Source of the DNA: a virus
Length of the DNA: 64,000 nucleotides
IMG/VR virus record: IMGVR_UViG_3300025276_000024
Span: 1 to 64,000 of that record
Strand: one strand, 5' to 3'
The notes under the pieces were generated by a model. It was not told the DNA's origin, did not search any database, and saw only the letters and a program-made list of their open reading frames with translations. Every line of letters begins with the position of its first letter. Positions within the stretch are counted from its first letter, which is position 1. The translations under genes and the position numbers were made by a program. Positions 41,101-49,636 of this stretch are shown one piece after another.

Positions 41101-44100
41101 ATGCTATACCTGATCAATTTTTATACACAAGTAAACCTATCTTTAGTGGAGATGTTTCTATAAACAGATATACTGAAAAATGTATAATGCCAATCTTTAC
41201 AAACTTTCTAAAAGGCCAACCTAATTTTTATTCATTTGACTATAGTTTATATGTAAATATTCCTTATCCTAGATTCTGGTTGAACTCTACTAAATTTGAT
41301 ATTAGTGGTATTGCACGTGAAGTAGCAACATTAGGACTTAGCCCAGGAAGTTATGCAGATGCATTACCTACAGCAAAGTATTATTTAGATAGAGGATATG
41401 ACAACTGTCAGGGTGGTGGATTTTTTAATAGTTTATTTGGTGGTGGTGGTGACTTAAATCCAGCATGGAATATGTTGTATGCTTATATGTATACACACAT
41501 AAATGGGATAAATGAATTTTTTGTTGAGACAGAAATAAACTTAGCATATAGAGATTGGGAAGACATGCCTAGTAAAAGGTTTTATGATCCATATGAATTT
41601 AATGATTTAGGTGTATTGTTTCATCCTGATAATATTAAAGCAGATAACTTTTATAAGTATGATGATTCATTATCTGCTTCAAAGTTTCCTACACAAATGG
41701 GATCTTATGGTCAAATACAACCTAGAGATTATGATCCATACGTAGCAGCAAATTGTTATATAAGTTATCCTAAGAGATTAATATATTCTTTACAAGCTCA
41801 AGAAGAATCTAAAAGAGATTATTGGAGAGTATTTTTAAATAACAATTATAAAGATTTTAAAAATGAAGTTAGTATAATTAAACCCATAAATAAAAGTGGA
41901 GCAATTATATTTTTTCCATATCTATCACCACAAATGTTTCAGGGTTTAGATACATTAAAGACAGAAACAGATACTAAGCTTACTATAGGTGACGGAGGTT
42001 TATTTAGTCAGCCATTTCAGAATATAGCTAATGCAGATATATCTAATGAATATGGTTCATGTGAAAGTTTAAGAGGAGTTATAAATACACCTATGGGATT
42101 ATTTTTTATATCTCAACAACAAGGTAAAATATTTCAATATGCTGGTAAAGGGTTAGATCCTATATCTAATAATGGAATGAAGTGGTGGTTTAATAAATAC
42201 TTACCTTCTAGATTTATTAGACAATTCCCAGCATCTGAAAATTCACAATGGACTGATAATCCTGTTGCAGGAGTTGGATGTCAAGTAATGTATGATTCAG
42301 TAGATGATGTAGTATACTTTATGAAAAAGGATTATCAACTAAAGCCACAATTTATTGCAAGTGCAACATTTAGAGATGCTCCAACTAAACCAGTAACAAT
42401 TACTATATCAAGTAAACTAGCTGGTAGTGATACTAGAATTCCTATTGACATTGGTGATCCATTATATTTTGATGATTGTTCTTGGACGATTAGTTATGAT
42501 CCTAAATCTAAAGCATGGATTTCATTTCATGACTGGCATCCTGAATTAGCTTTACCAAGCATAAATCATTTTTTTACAACTAAAACTATTGAGACAACAA
42601 TACCTCAATGTCCTCCGGGATACAACTTTAATCCTATTACAGGTTTATGTGAGATAGGTGTAAATACATCAGAACTAGCAGATGTAATTATAGATCAAAT
42701 AGCATCTACAGTTTCAGGTGGTCCTACTGCTTGTAAATTAGATCTTGTAATATCAATGGATGTATCAGGAAGTACTATTAGTTTTGGTAGAAGACAGGCT
42801 CAACAGGCTTTTATGACTATATTATTAAATGATCCCCAAGTAGTCAACTTAATGTCTAATAGTCAAATGCAAGTTGGATTTTGTACTTGGGATAGCAGCA
42901 GTACAACATTTAATATACCTAACGGGGGGAGTACAGTAACAATGAGTCATTTAGTAACTGAAAATCAAGCTACCACCTTTATGAATAATAATTGGACGAA
43001 TGGTTCTACTAGTGTTGCATTAGGATTACAAACTGGATTTAATATACTTAGTAATGTATCAAATTCAACATTGGGTGATAGGACAGCAGATGCTGATTAT
43101 AGAGCAATACAGATTTTAATTACTGATACAACTGATGCCGCAGGAACTAATGCTGGACAAAATTATACATCTCAAGGTACTGGTACTGCTCCTAGTTATA
43201 TGTCTGTTTATGCTATGTACTGTGGAGCTTCTAGTTCTATTCCACCGACTGCAGGAGTATTAAATGATATATCTATGACTAGTGGACCTGTTAATGTTGA
43301 TCCATATCAATGGGGTATTAATGCATCAGATTCTTCTACTAGTCAAGCAGTAGCATCAGCAATTGCAGGTGCAGTATGTGGTACGGATTATGTATGTGAT
43401 TGTCCATCAGGATACACTAAAGTATTTTTTGATCCAACTACAGCAACTTATACAGCATCAAGTGGAGAATGTGATGACAGTGATAGAGCACCTGTCTGTA
43501 GAAAAGTAACATGTGATTGTCCTATATCTACAGTACCGGGTTCTGTTGTAACTCAGTCTGGTGCATGTCCTACTGGAGCAGATATATATAATTTAGATGG
43601 AACAGGTAATTGGACTGACCCAAATCCATTAGTATGTAATTATTTTTACTTTGATCAAATAGCTGCTAATTATAGAGTTGGGGGATTTTGGAGACATAAT
43701 GTAAGATGTGATTCATTTGTAAATTATTATGGTGAGGATTATCCTTGGGAAATAGATTTAATATCTAACACAGGACAAGCAGTTAATACAATAAGAAGTT
43801 TTGAATATCAATTAGAAACATATGTATATAAAGGAGATCCTCAATATAACATGTGTGGAGGAGATAAGTGGGAAGATTTAGATTATAATTTTGATGCATC
43901 TATTATATATAATAATGATCAAGTATCAGGACTACTAGTTTTAAATACTCAACCAGTTAATAATCCATGGGGTAATTTAACTTATCCTATTGTTGGTTTT
44001 AATAATATTGATATACTAGTTTCTAAAGTTGAACATAAGTTTAGATTTAATCAGTTTTGGGATATTACTAATGATAGAGGAGAATTTACAAATGTAGAAC

Positions 44101-44297
44101 AATCTATATTTGATACATCATGTAATGGTTATGTAAGACCATTAAATTCCATAAATCTAAATTATAATAAACCACAAACACAACGCAAGAAATTTAGACA
44201 CTACTCTAATAATATTATATTACGTAGAAATGTATCTGGAAATAGAAAGATGTTGCTTAGACTAAATAATACTAAACTTTTACTATCACAAAGATAA
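38109..44297 (+). CDS. Tail stabilisation/muzzle protein (P22 gp10-like) with vWA insertion
   Basis: FNKGMNKD, FMRDEQYAF, GYWESTE.YP, IRHHKMP, WTISYD..WISFHDW motifs; 2062 aa. Confidence 0.88.
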   Translation: MAKKKESNPTPTPRNGSSSVNINSFNKGMNKDVAPSFESQQSWWHARNAANNSEDGDLGLIGNEPSNLQCGVIPYTVIGAIHRFGDEWIVYSTDNISSEIGRFDDSECKYTTIVNDPCLNFSTKHLITGAAKENFDCTWEVYWDDANNPSRAFNIDNVPYKKVQITGPLIDGDPCVTFEVIEPKQLNCEEIRLAPLLDTPCVKLTQATDGGMIRNGTYQAFIAYVENEQRVTDYIGVSNLQTIWSHEGGSGSLEITLTNLDQSYFFYELIILRRNQGQTSAKKIGLYSTEQSSINIDFIDEALVAIDLKLIPLRSPAYEKSESMFVVNDWLIRQGPTEQFDFNYQPIANNITTNWVVNQVSSKYYILGGNKLGFMRDEQYAFFIRWIYNTGERSSSYHIPGRAPRDYTLPSGIDKLENEPISGDNTIGTEPLFHVYNTADAISLNISEVQEDDSLVIARGEMGYWESTELYPSNRPDIWGDLCGKPIRHHKMPDESLGGSASPLHISTTTGDLINLIGVEFSNIGRPKYNNGSYIENIVGYEILRGSRQGARSILAKGMFKNMRKYRIPNAENLLGNSQGLYPNYPYNSLQDDVFFFDAGNNPDAEDTLTTGCDNFTQSINAYPPLSGYTKDVFTFSAPDLMFAKPFLNAYETKIYGAIHGKANGSFVPSEDHPQFKLLRPKAATLACVIGIGYALNAVQGTQSKGLNPLQANNLAGAPFVGVVPPVLSVGYPTIGTASGGGLSLFNLLQGLLMDTLLDGVVDMGDLYSGGVLSQLVYQAENTANLIKASVVPGASGGGTTSNTTFDKPEGSLPTLLRAFIGISMAQKNIAIGGNEIIDLFYNLVDEADFVYKYNSVGFYNTFEKVNRNNIFRTKNHDANYLGSSFQTFDGIKYKINNLFRPSTIAVSTVNELDNPPVIDNSRFSLGGYINQNGSTVDFENKYMKNPSGASSIQTNISALYGALKYNFDNQYGQLDGVKQIQMRGCVEPIGGLDKDGNAIPDQFLYTSKPIFSGDVSINRYTEKCIMPIFTNFLKGQPNFYSFDYSLYVNIPYPRFWLNSTKFDISGIAREVATLGLSPGSYADALPTAKYYLDRGYDNCQGGGFFNSLFGGGGDLNPAWNMLYAYMYTHINGINEFFVETEINLAYRDWEDMPSKRFYDPYEFNDLGVLFHPDNIKADNFYKYDDSLSASKFPTQMGSYGQIQPRDYDPYVAANCYISYPKRLIYSLQAQEESKRDYWRVFLNNNYKDFKNEVSIIKPINKSGAIIFFPYLSPQMFQGLDTLKTETDTKLTIGDGGLFSQPFQNIANADISNEYGSCESLRGVINTPMGLFFISQQQGKIFQYAGKGLDPISNNGMKWWFNKYLPSRFIRQFPASENSQWTDNPVAGVGCQVMYDSVDDVVYFMKKDYQLKPQFIASATFRDAPTKPVTITISSKLAGSDTRIPIDIGDPLYFDDCSWTISYDPKSKAWISFHDWHPELALPSINHFFTTKTIETTIPQCPPGYNFNPITGLCEIGVNTSELADVIIDQIASTVSGGPTACKLDLVISMDVSGSTISFGRRQAQQAFMTILLNDPQVVNLMSNSQMQVGFCTWDSSSTTFNIPNGGSTVTMSHLVTENQATTFMNNNWTNGSTSVALGLQTGFNILSNVSNSTLGDRTADADYRAIQILITDTTDAAGTNAGQNYTSQGTGTAPSYMSVYAMYCGASSSIPPTAGVLNDISMTSGPVNVDPYQWGINASDSSTSQAVASAIAGAVCGTDYVCDCPSGYTKVFFDPTTATYTASSGECDDSDRAPVCRKVTCDCPISTVPGSVVTQSGACPTGADIYNLDGTGNWTDPNPLVCNYFYFDQIAANYRVGGFWRHNVRCDSFVNYYGEDYPWEIDLISNTGQAVNTIRSFEYQLETYVYKGDPQYNMCGGDKWEDLDYNFDASIIYNNDQVSGLLVLNTQPVNNPWGNLTYPIVGFNNIDILVSKVEHKFRFNQFWDITNDRGEFTNVEQSIFDTSCNGYVRPLNSINLNYNKPQTQRKKFRHYSNNIILRRNVSGNRKMLLRLNNTKLLLSQR

Positions 44298-47200
44298 TGG
44301 GAAATAAAAAAAGCACAGGACTACCAGGAGGACCAAATGAATTTCTAAAAGATATTACACAACATATATCTGTAGATGGTTATAAACGTTATAGTGAAGA
44401 TGTAAACAATCCTTATAATGTTATTGAGTCAGGTAATATAACTATGGAAGATGTAGATTTTCCTGTTATGGGAACAGATAACTTAGGTAATAGTCAAATG
44501 ATGACACCTGGTAATAACTATCAGTTTCCAGGTGACAAAGTGTTTGAAATACCCATGGCTCAATATGGTATTAAAAATCAATACCCACTTCCAAAGAGAA
44601 ACGGTATTAGAGAGAACTATGATGCAGAAGGAAATGTCAATGGTGAGTCTTCTCATATAATGAGAACAGAAACTTTAGATGAAGTTAATTGGTTTTCTTT
44701 TCCTACTTTATTTCAAGATGAAGATGGTACTTGGGTTGACATGTCTAAAGAGGCAGAAAAAGACTGGAGACCTGCATATGAAGAAGCCAAAAGAAGAGGA
44801 GAAGTTATAGAGTTTGGTGAAGATAAAGATGCTGCTTTTAAATTTGGAGAAGGTTCTTGGAAACCTAAAATGAAACGTGGAGGTGGTTTACTAAATAAAA
44901 CCATGTCTTGTAATAGCTGTGGTTGGGAATGGAAAGCAGCAGATGGTGGAGCTGATGTATCTACATGTCACAAGTGTGGTGGGAGCGCATTACCTAAAGC
45001 TCAGTTTGGAAACAATGGAGAACAAACATTTTTACAAGCTATTACTAATCCAATTAGAAAAGCAGTGGCTGATAATATTTATCCTTATACTTATATGGAT
45101 CCGGTTGATAGGTTTTGGAATGCAATGAAAGGTGATAAAAATACTCATGATAATAGAAGTGATAATGCTAATGAAAACCCTGCATGGATGAATGAGAGGA
45201 CAGATCTTCTAAATTTATATATGGGTCAACCTCAAAAACATAATACAATAGAAGAGTCTCTTTATAAACCAACTAAGTCTAAAAATCCAGATGCAACTTA
45301 TTATACTTCTAAACAAACTGAAAAATCACTTATAAAGATGCTTCAGCGTAATGGGTGGAATGATTTTGATACATTAAAGAATTTTGGTGGGGTTTTAGGT
45401 CAGTTTAAAGTAGACAAAGGTGAAGATGAAAAAGGTAAGTATATATCATACTATGATGTGTGGGATGTAGAACCTTTAGATAATGTATTGTCAAAAGACA
45501 TGCAAAGCAAATTTGGAGTAAATGCTCCTGAAATATATGGTAGAATATATATAGATGATGTAAAAGATGTTCCAGCATACAGTAAAACTTTTGAAAGAAG
45601 TAAATTACCTGAAGGTCAGTACGGTGGCCGTTTTATGCAAGATGCTGGAGAAACTGAATTTGAAGATAATATCCAAACTGTACAATTACCTGAAGTAACA
45701 GTAACTGGAAATAAAGAAAAAAAAGGTTTTGATTGGAAGAATTTACTTAACAATACACTAAACCCTTTATATATTGCAGATAATGCATTACAGCTTTTAG
45801 GTACACCTGCTAATTTAGTTAGAGAAAGTATAGAAGGTATTAGTGGTAAAGGTGATGGTAAATTTAATTGGGGTAACATAGTACCTGATGTATATGGTAC
45901 TACTATACTTGATGATGATGCTAAACAAAAATCAGTATCACAAACTTTAGGTGTAGATAATTTTTGGGGAGGATTGGCACTTGACATGCTAACAGATCCT
46001 ACTACATATATTGGTGCAGGTATAGTAAAAAATCTTGTAAAAACTGGAGGTAAAAAAACAATACCTTCTGTATTAAAAGCTATTAAAGCTCCAATTAAAA
46101 AACAACTTAAAAAAATACCAAGAAAAGTAAACACACCTATTGTAGGTACAGACATGGTAATGACTACTAATTCTAAAATAGGTGAACTTGTTGATAAAAC
46201 AGGTATACCAAAAATGTTTTGGCCTAAAGGTTTTAACTACGGACCTGATGAATTTGGTAGAAGGTTTGTTGCAAGTGCAACTAATGAAAGTGGAGATATT
46301 GTTGATTTATCTAAATATACTGATGAAGTAGGTGATTATTTTTCTTTTGACAATGCCTTTGTAAAAAACCCTTTTACTGCTGGAAGAACAATGAATGCTA
46401 TGGAAGAGCTTGTACCTAAGTATGGTATTATGAAACAAAACACTTTAACAGGTTCATTAAGTGAAGATTCATTTAGTATGGCGTTAAACCGTTTAAGGAA
46501 CCCAAAGAAATTTTCAGATGCAACAGACTATGGACAAACCACTTTCTTAAATAGATCTGGTACTAATAGAACTATTGCAGACGGACCTGCAAGTAATTTT
46601 TTAAAAGATAAAGGTTTATTTGATGCTAGTGAAGTTAAAGCATTAGAACTTAAGTATGGTAAAATATTTGAACGCTTACAAAATAAAGGATTGTTAAATG
46701 ATGAGTTCCGTGGTTTAGGAATTAGAGGTGTAAAGTTAGATGGGTTAGCAGATGAAGTTTATCAAGTAGGTGTACCAAATATAGCATTGCAAAAACTATT
46801 TCAAGATGGTGGTGGTATAAGCCCTGATGTTTTATATAAGCAAGCGTTTATTGAATCTAGCTTAGATCCAAATGCAGCAAATGAAAAAGGATACAAAGGT
46901 TTAGGACAAATAGGTAGTGATATAATTGAAGATTATAAAAAAGCAACAGGTGTAGAGGAAGTAGATCCATTTAATCCTAAACAAAATAGTGATATACAAA
47001 AATGGTCAATGAATGAATTATATAACTCTTCATTTATAAATAAAGAAGGCCAGTTAGATTCTGTTAGATTAGCTAAAACATTAGCATCTTACAATTGGGG
47101 TAGAGGTAATGTTAGATCCTTATTAAATGAATTAAAAGAAGAAGGTGTAGATATATATAACTCAAGTGATTGGACATCCAGATTACCAAGGGAAACACGG

Positions 47201-49576
47201 GAATATATAGATATGATTCTTAACAATGCAGATACTGAAGGAAGACCTGATGTACAGGAAAATTTTAATAAAGTAAATACAGATGAAAAATATAAACAAT
47301 ATAAAGATTTATATACAATGCAATATGGAGGAGAAGACTTCCAACCTTATGATACTTCATTAATACCTGAATTTGCACCAGTTAATGAAGTAGATAAATA
47401 TATTGGTCCTTATAAAAGTGATTATACTCCAGTAGAAGGAGAATATGGTTATGACCCAACTAAAGAAGTAAAAACTAAACCTAATAGTAGAACATATAAA
47501 GTAGAAGCTGGAGATAACTTAACAAGAATAGCAGAAAAATATGATACTACAGTAGATGAAATTGTAACTCTAAATAATATTGACAACCCAAGTCAGATAA
47601 ATATTAATCAAGAAATTATTTTACCTGAGAGTAAAACTAAGTTTGCTGTTTATAATGTTAAGGCAGGAGATACATTAGGTAGAATAGCTAAAACATTTGG
47701 TACATCTACTAGAAAATTAAAAGAAGCTAACTCTCTTAGAGATATTAATAAAATTAATGTTAATCAACAATTAAAAATACCTCAAGAATCATATGAGCAA
47801 TTAGATGAAGTTAAAGAAAGTTGGATTGATGTAGATGTTTTAGATCAAGATAGAATGATCATTAATAGTGATGGATCAGATGAAGATATTATTAAAAAAT
47901 CACAATTAGTTAATGACCCTAATTCTCCTTATGTTATAGTAAATAAAAAAACAAAACGTTTAGAAGTTTGGAGAGGTGGTAAATCTATACTAGACTTTGA
48001 AGTACTAACTGGTGCTAATGAAGGTGACGCACAAACAGTAACTAAAATGTGGGATCTTAATGGTGATGGTATAATTACTGATGAGGATAAAAGAAATGGT
48101 AAATGGATACCTAATTGGGCTGCAGGAAATAAAAATACTGGGGCAGGTAAATTTTATATAAATGCTAGTTATGAAGACTCACCTAATAAATATGGTGGTA
48201 AAGGTGTACCTTCTTTTAATTTATTTACTGATGGTACTGACATAGATGTAGCAACAGCAATACATGGGCCTACTGCAAATAGAACTGGATTATTTGATGA
48301 TAATAATTTAGAAAACAATAAAGCAAGTAATGGATGTATAAATGGTCAATGTACTGATATGCAAGCATTATATGATTTAGATTTACCTAAAGGTACTTCA
48401 GTATATATTTTACCAGAAGATGAAGGTAATCAATTCCAATGGGTAGATGGTGAAGCGGTTATGAGAATGTCAGGTGAAAATAGAAAGAAGTATGGTTCAT
48501 CATATTTAGATTCACAGGGTAATAAACAAACAAGTCAAGGTTCTAACTATGCTACAAACACATTAAACTATAAACCAATTAGACCTGTATTTAATACAGA
48601 ACTCTTTGAAAAAGAAGTATATAATGAATCACGTATTGGAGATTATTTTACTTCTGATACTAGTGACAAACAAGAATTTGAAACAACAACAAAGCCCTTT
48701 ATAAATGCTTTGGTTGCAAACAAACAAAAAATCATGGTTACTGCTAGTATACCTAGTGATGTATATAATGATATAGCTAGAATAGCTTTTGGTATATATG
48801 GTAACGAATCTAAATTTGGTGATACACACAGTGGTTCTGGAAATCTTTTAAGAGGAGCTCAGAAAAAAGTAGCTGATATGAATAAAAAAGGTGAGTTACC
48901 TGTTATAGGATCTACATCTATGTTACCTACTGTAACTTCTTCACCAGATGTATTTAAAAAATATGATGGATATTCATTAGATAACATTACAAGTGCTGAG
49001 CCTTTCTATGAAATAAATGCAAGAGGAAATGATAACAGTGTTGGTCTAACACAATTAAGATGGTCTAATGTAGCTAATGAAGGTCTCACTAATGAAGAAA
49101 TAATTGCAGGTAAAGAATCTGATTTACTTAAACAGTTTTATGAGTTTGATATAAAATCAAATAAAGATTTATTAGATCCTGAAAAAGCAGCAATAGCAAC
49201 AGTTCTTAGATTGGCTTTTTTAGCTAATAATAGGAAGGGTGTAGATAGAAACAATTTATTTGAAACATTACCTAGACACTGGGGAGGGTCTAGTAAAGAT
49301 GGTGGTAAAACATATACTACCAATGTTATGAATAATGCTAAATATTTAAAATTTCAACAACTAGATAAGTATTTGCCTGGGTTTAAAAGAGGTGGAGAAA
49401 AACAAGATCTAGAAATGTACAAAGGTTATATGGAAGGTCTATATGATGGTACAGAAAAAGAAGTTGAAGCAAAGAATTTATATGATAAGCTTAATAGGCT
49501 TCATTATAATGATGCTAAAACCCTAGGTAACATGAGTCCTCCTAATTATATTATGACTCATTTGTATAAACCTTAA
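44297..49576 (+). CDS. Multidomain ejected/cargo protein: Zn ribbon, 2 lysozyme-like transglycosylases, 2 LysM, L,D-transpeptidase-like
   Basis: CNSC..CHKC; IESS..GLGQ..SYNWG..ETREYI; two Y.V.AGD.L.RIA LysM; AIHG..SNGCIN; NESKFG..SVGLTQ..DPEKA. Confidence 0.88.
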   Translation: MGNKKSTGLPGGPNEFLKDITQHISVDGYKRYSEDVNNPYNVIESGNITMEDVDFPVMGTDNLGNSQMMTPGNNYQFPGDKVFEIPMAQYGIKNQYPLPKRNGIRENYDAEGNVNGESSHIMRTETLDEVNWFSFPTLFQDEDGTWVDMSKEAEKDWRPAYEEAKRRGEVIEFGEDKDAAFKFGEGSWKPKMKRGGGLLNKTMSCNSCGWEWKAADGGADVSTCHKCGGSALPKAQFGNNGEQTFLQAITNPIRKAVADNIYPYTYMDPVDRFWNAMKGDKNTHDNRSDNANENPAWMNERTDLLNLYMGQPQKHNTIEESLYKPTKSKNPDATYYTSKQTEKSLIKMLQRNGWNDFDTLKNFGGVLGQFKVDKGEDEKGKYISYYDVWDVEPLDNVLSKDMQSKFGVNAPEIYGRIYIDDVKDVPAYSKTFERSKLPEGQYGGRFMQDAGETEFEDNIQTVQLPEVTVTGNKEKKGFDWKNLLNNTLNPLYIADNALQLLGTPANLVRESIEGISGKGDGKFNWGNIVPDVYGTTILDDDAKQKSVSQTLGVDNFWGGLALDMLTDPTTYIGAGIVKNLVKTGGKKTIPSVLKAIKAPIKKQLKKIPRKVNTPIVGTDMVMTTNSKIGELVDKTGIPKMFWPKGFNYGPDEFGRRFVASATNESGDIVDLSKYTDEVGDYFSFDNAFVKNPFTAGRTMNAMEELVPKYGIMKQNTLTGSLSEDSFSMALNRLRNPKKFSDATDYGQTTFLNRSGTNRTIADGPASNFLKDKGLFDASEVKALELKYGKIFERLQNKGLLNDEFRGLGIRGVKLDGLADEVYQVGVPNIALQKLFQDGGGISPDVLYKQAFIESSLDPNAANEKGYKGLGQIGSDIIEDYKKATGVEEVDPFNPKQNSDIQKWSMNELYNSSFINKEGQLDSVRLAKTLASYNWGRGNVRSLLNELKEEGVDIYNSSDWTSRLPRETREYIDMILNNADTEGRPDVQENFNKVNTDEKYKQYKDLYTMQYGGEDFQPYDTSLIPEFAPVNEVDKYIGPYKSDYTPVEGEYGYDPTKEVKTKPNSRTYKVEAGDNLTRIAEKYDTTVDEIVTLNNIDNPSQININQEIILPESKTKFAVYNVKAGDTLGRIAKTFGTSTRKLKEANSLRDINKINVNQQLKIPQESYEQLDEVKESWIDVDVLDQDRMIINSDGSDEDIIKKSQLVNDPNSPYVIVNKKTKRLEVWRGGKSILDFEVLTGANEGDAQTVTKMWDLNGDGIITDEDKRNGKWIPNWAAGNKNTGAGKFYINASYEDSPNKYGGKGVPSFNLFTDGTDIDVATAIHGPTANRTGLFDDNNLENNKASNGCINGQCTDMQALYDLDLPKGTSVYILPEDEGNQFQWVDGEAVMRMSGENRKKYGSSYLDSQGNKQTSQGSNYATNTLNYKPIRPVFNTELFEKEVYNESRIGDYFTSDTSDKQEFETTTKPFINALVANKQKIMVTASIPSDVYNDIARIAFGIYGNESKFGDTHSGSGNLLRGAQKKVADMNKKGELPVIGSTSMLPTVTSSPDVFKKYDGYSLDNITSAEPFYEINARGNDNSVGLTQLRWSNVANEGLTNEEIIAGKESDLLKQFYEFDIKSNKDLLDPEKAAIATVLRLAFLANNRKGVDRNNLFETLPRHWGGSSKDGGKTYTTNVMNNAKYLKFQQLDKYLPGFKRGGEKQDLEMYKGYMEGLYDGTEKEVEAKNLYDKLNRLHYNDAKTLGNMSPPNYIMTHLYKP

Positions 49577-49606
49577 ACCCTAAAGATTAGTGAATCTCCC
49601 TAATTA

Positions 49607-49617
49607 TTTGTATATTA
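49607..49617 (+). promoter_or_regulatory. TTTGTATATTA motif
   Basis: Exact copy 19 nt before GTG 49637. Confidence 0.65.
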
Positions 49618-49636
49618 ATAATATAATTATATCAAC

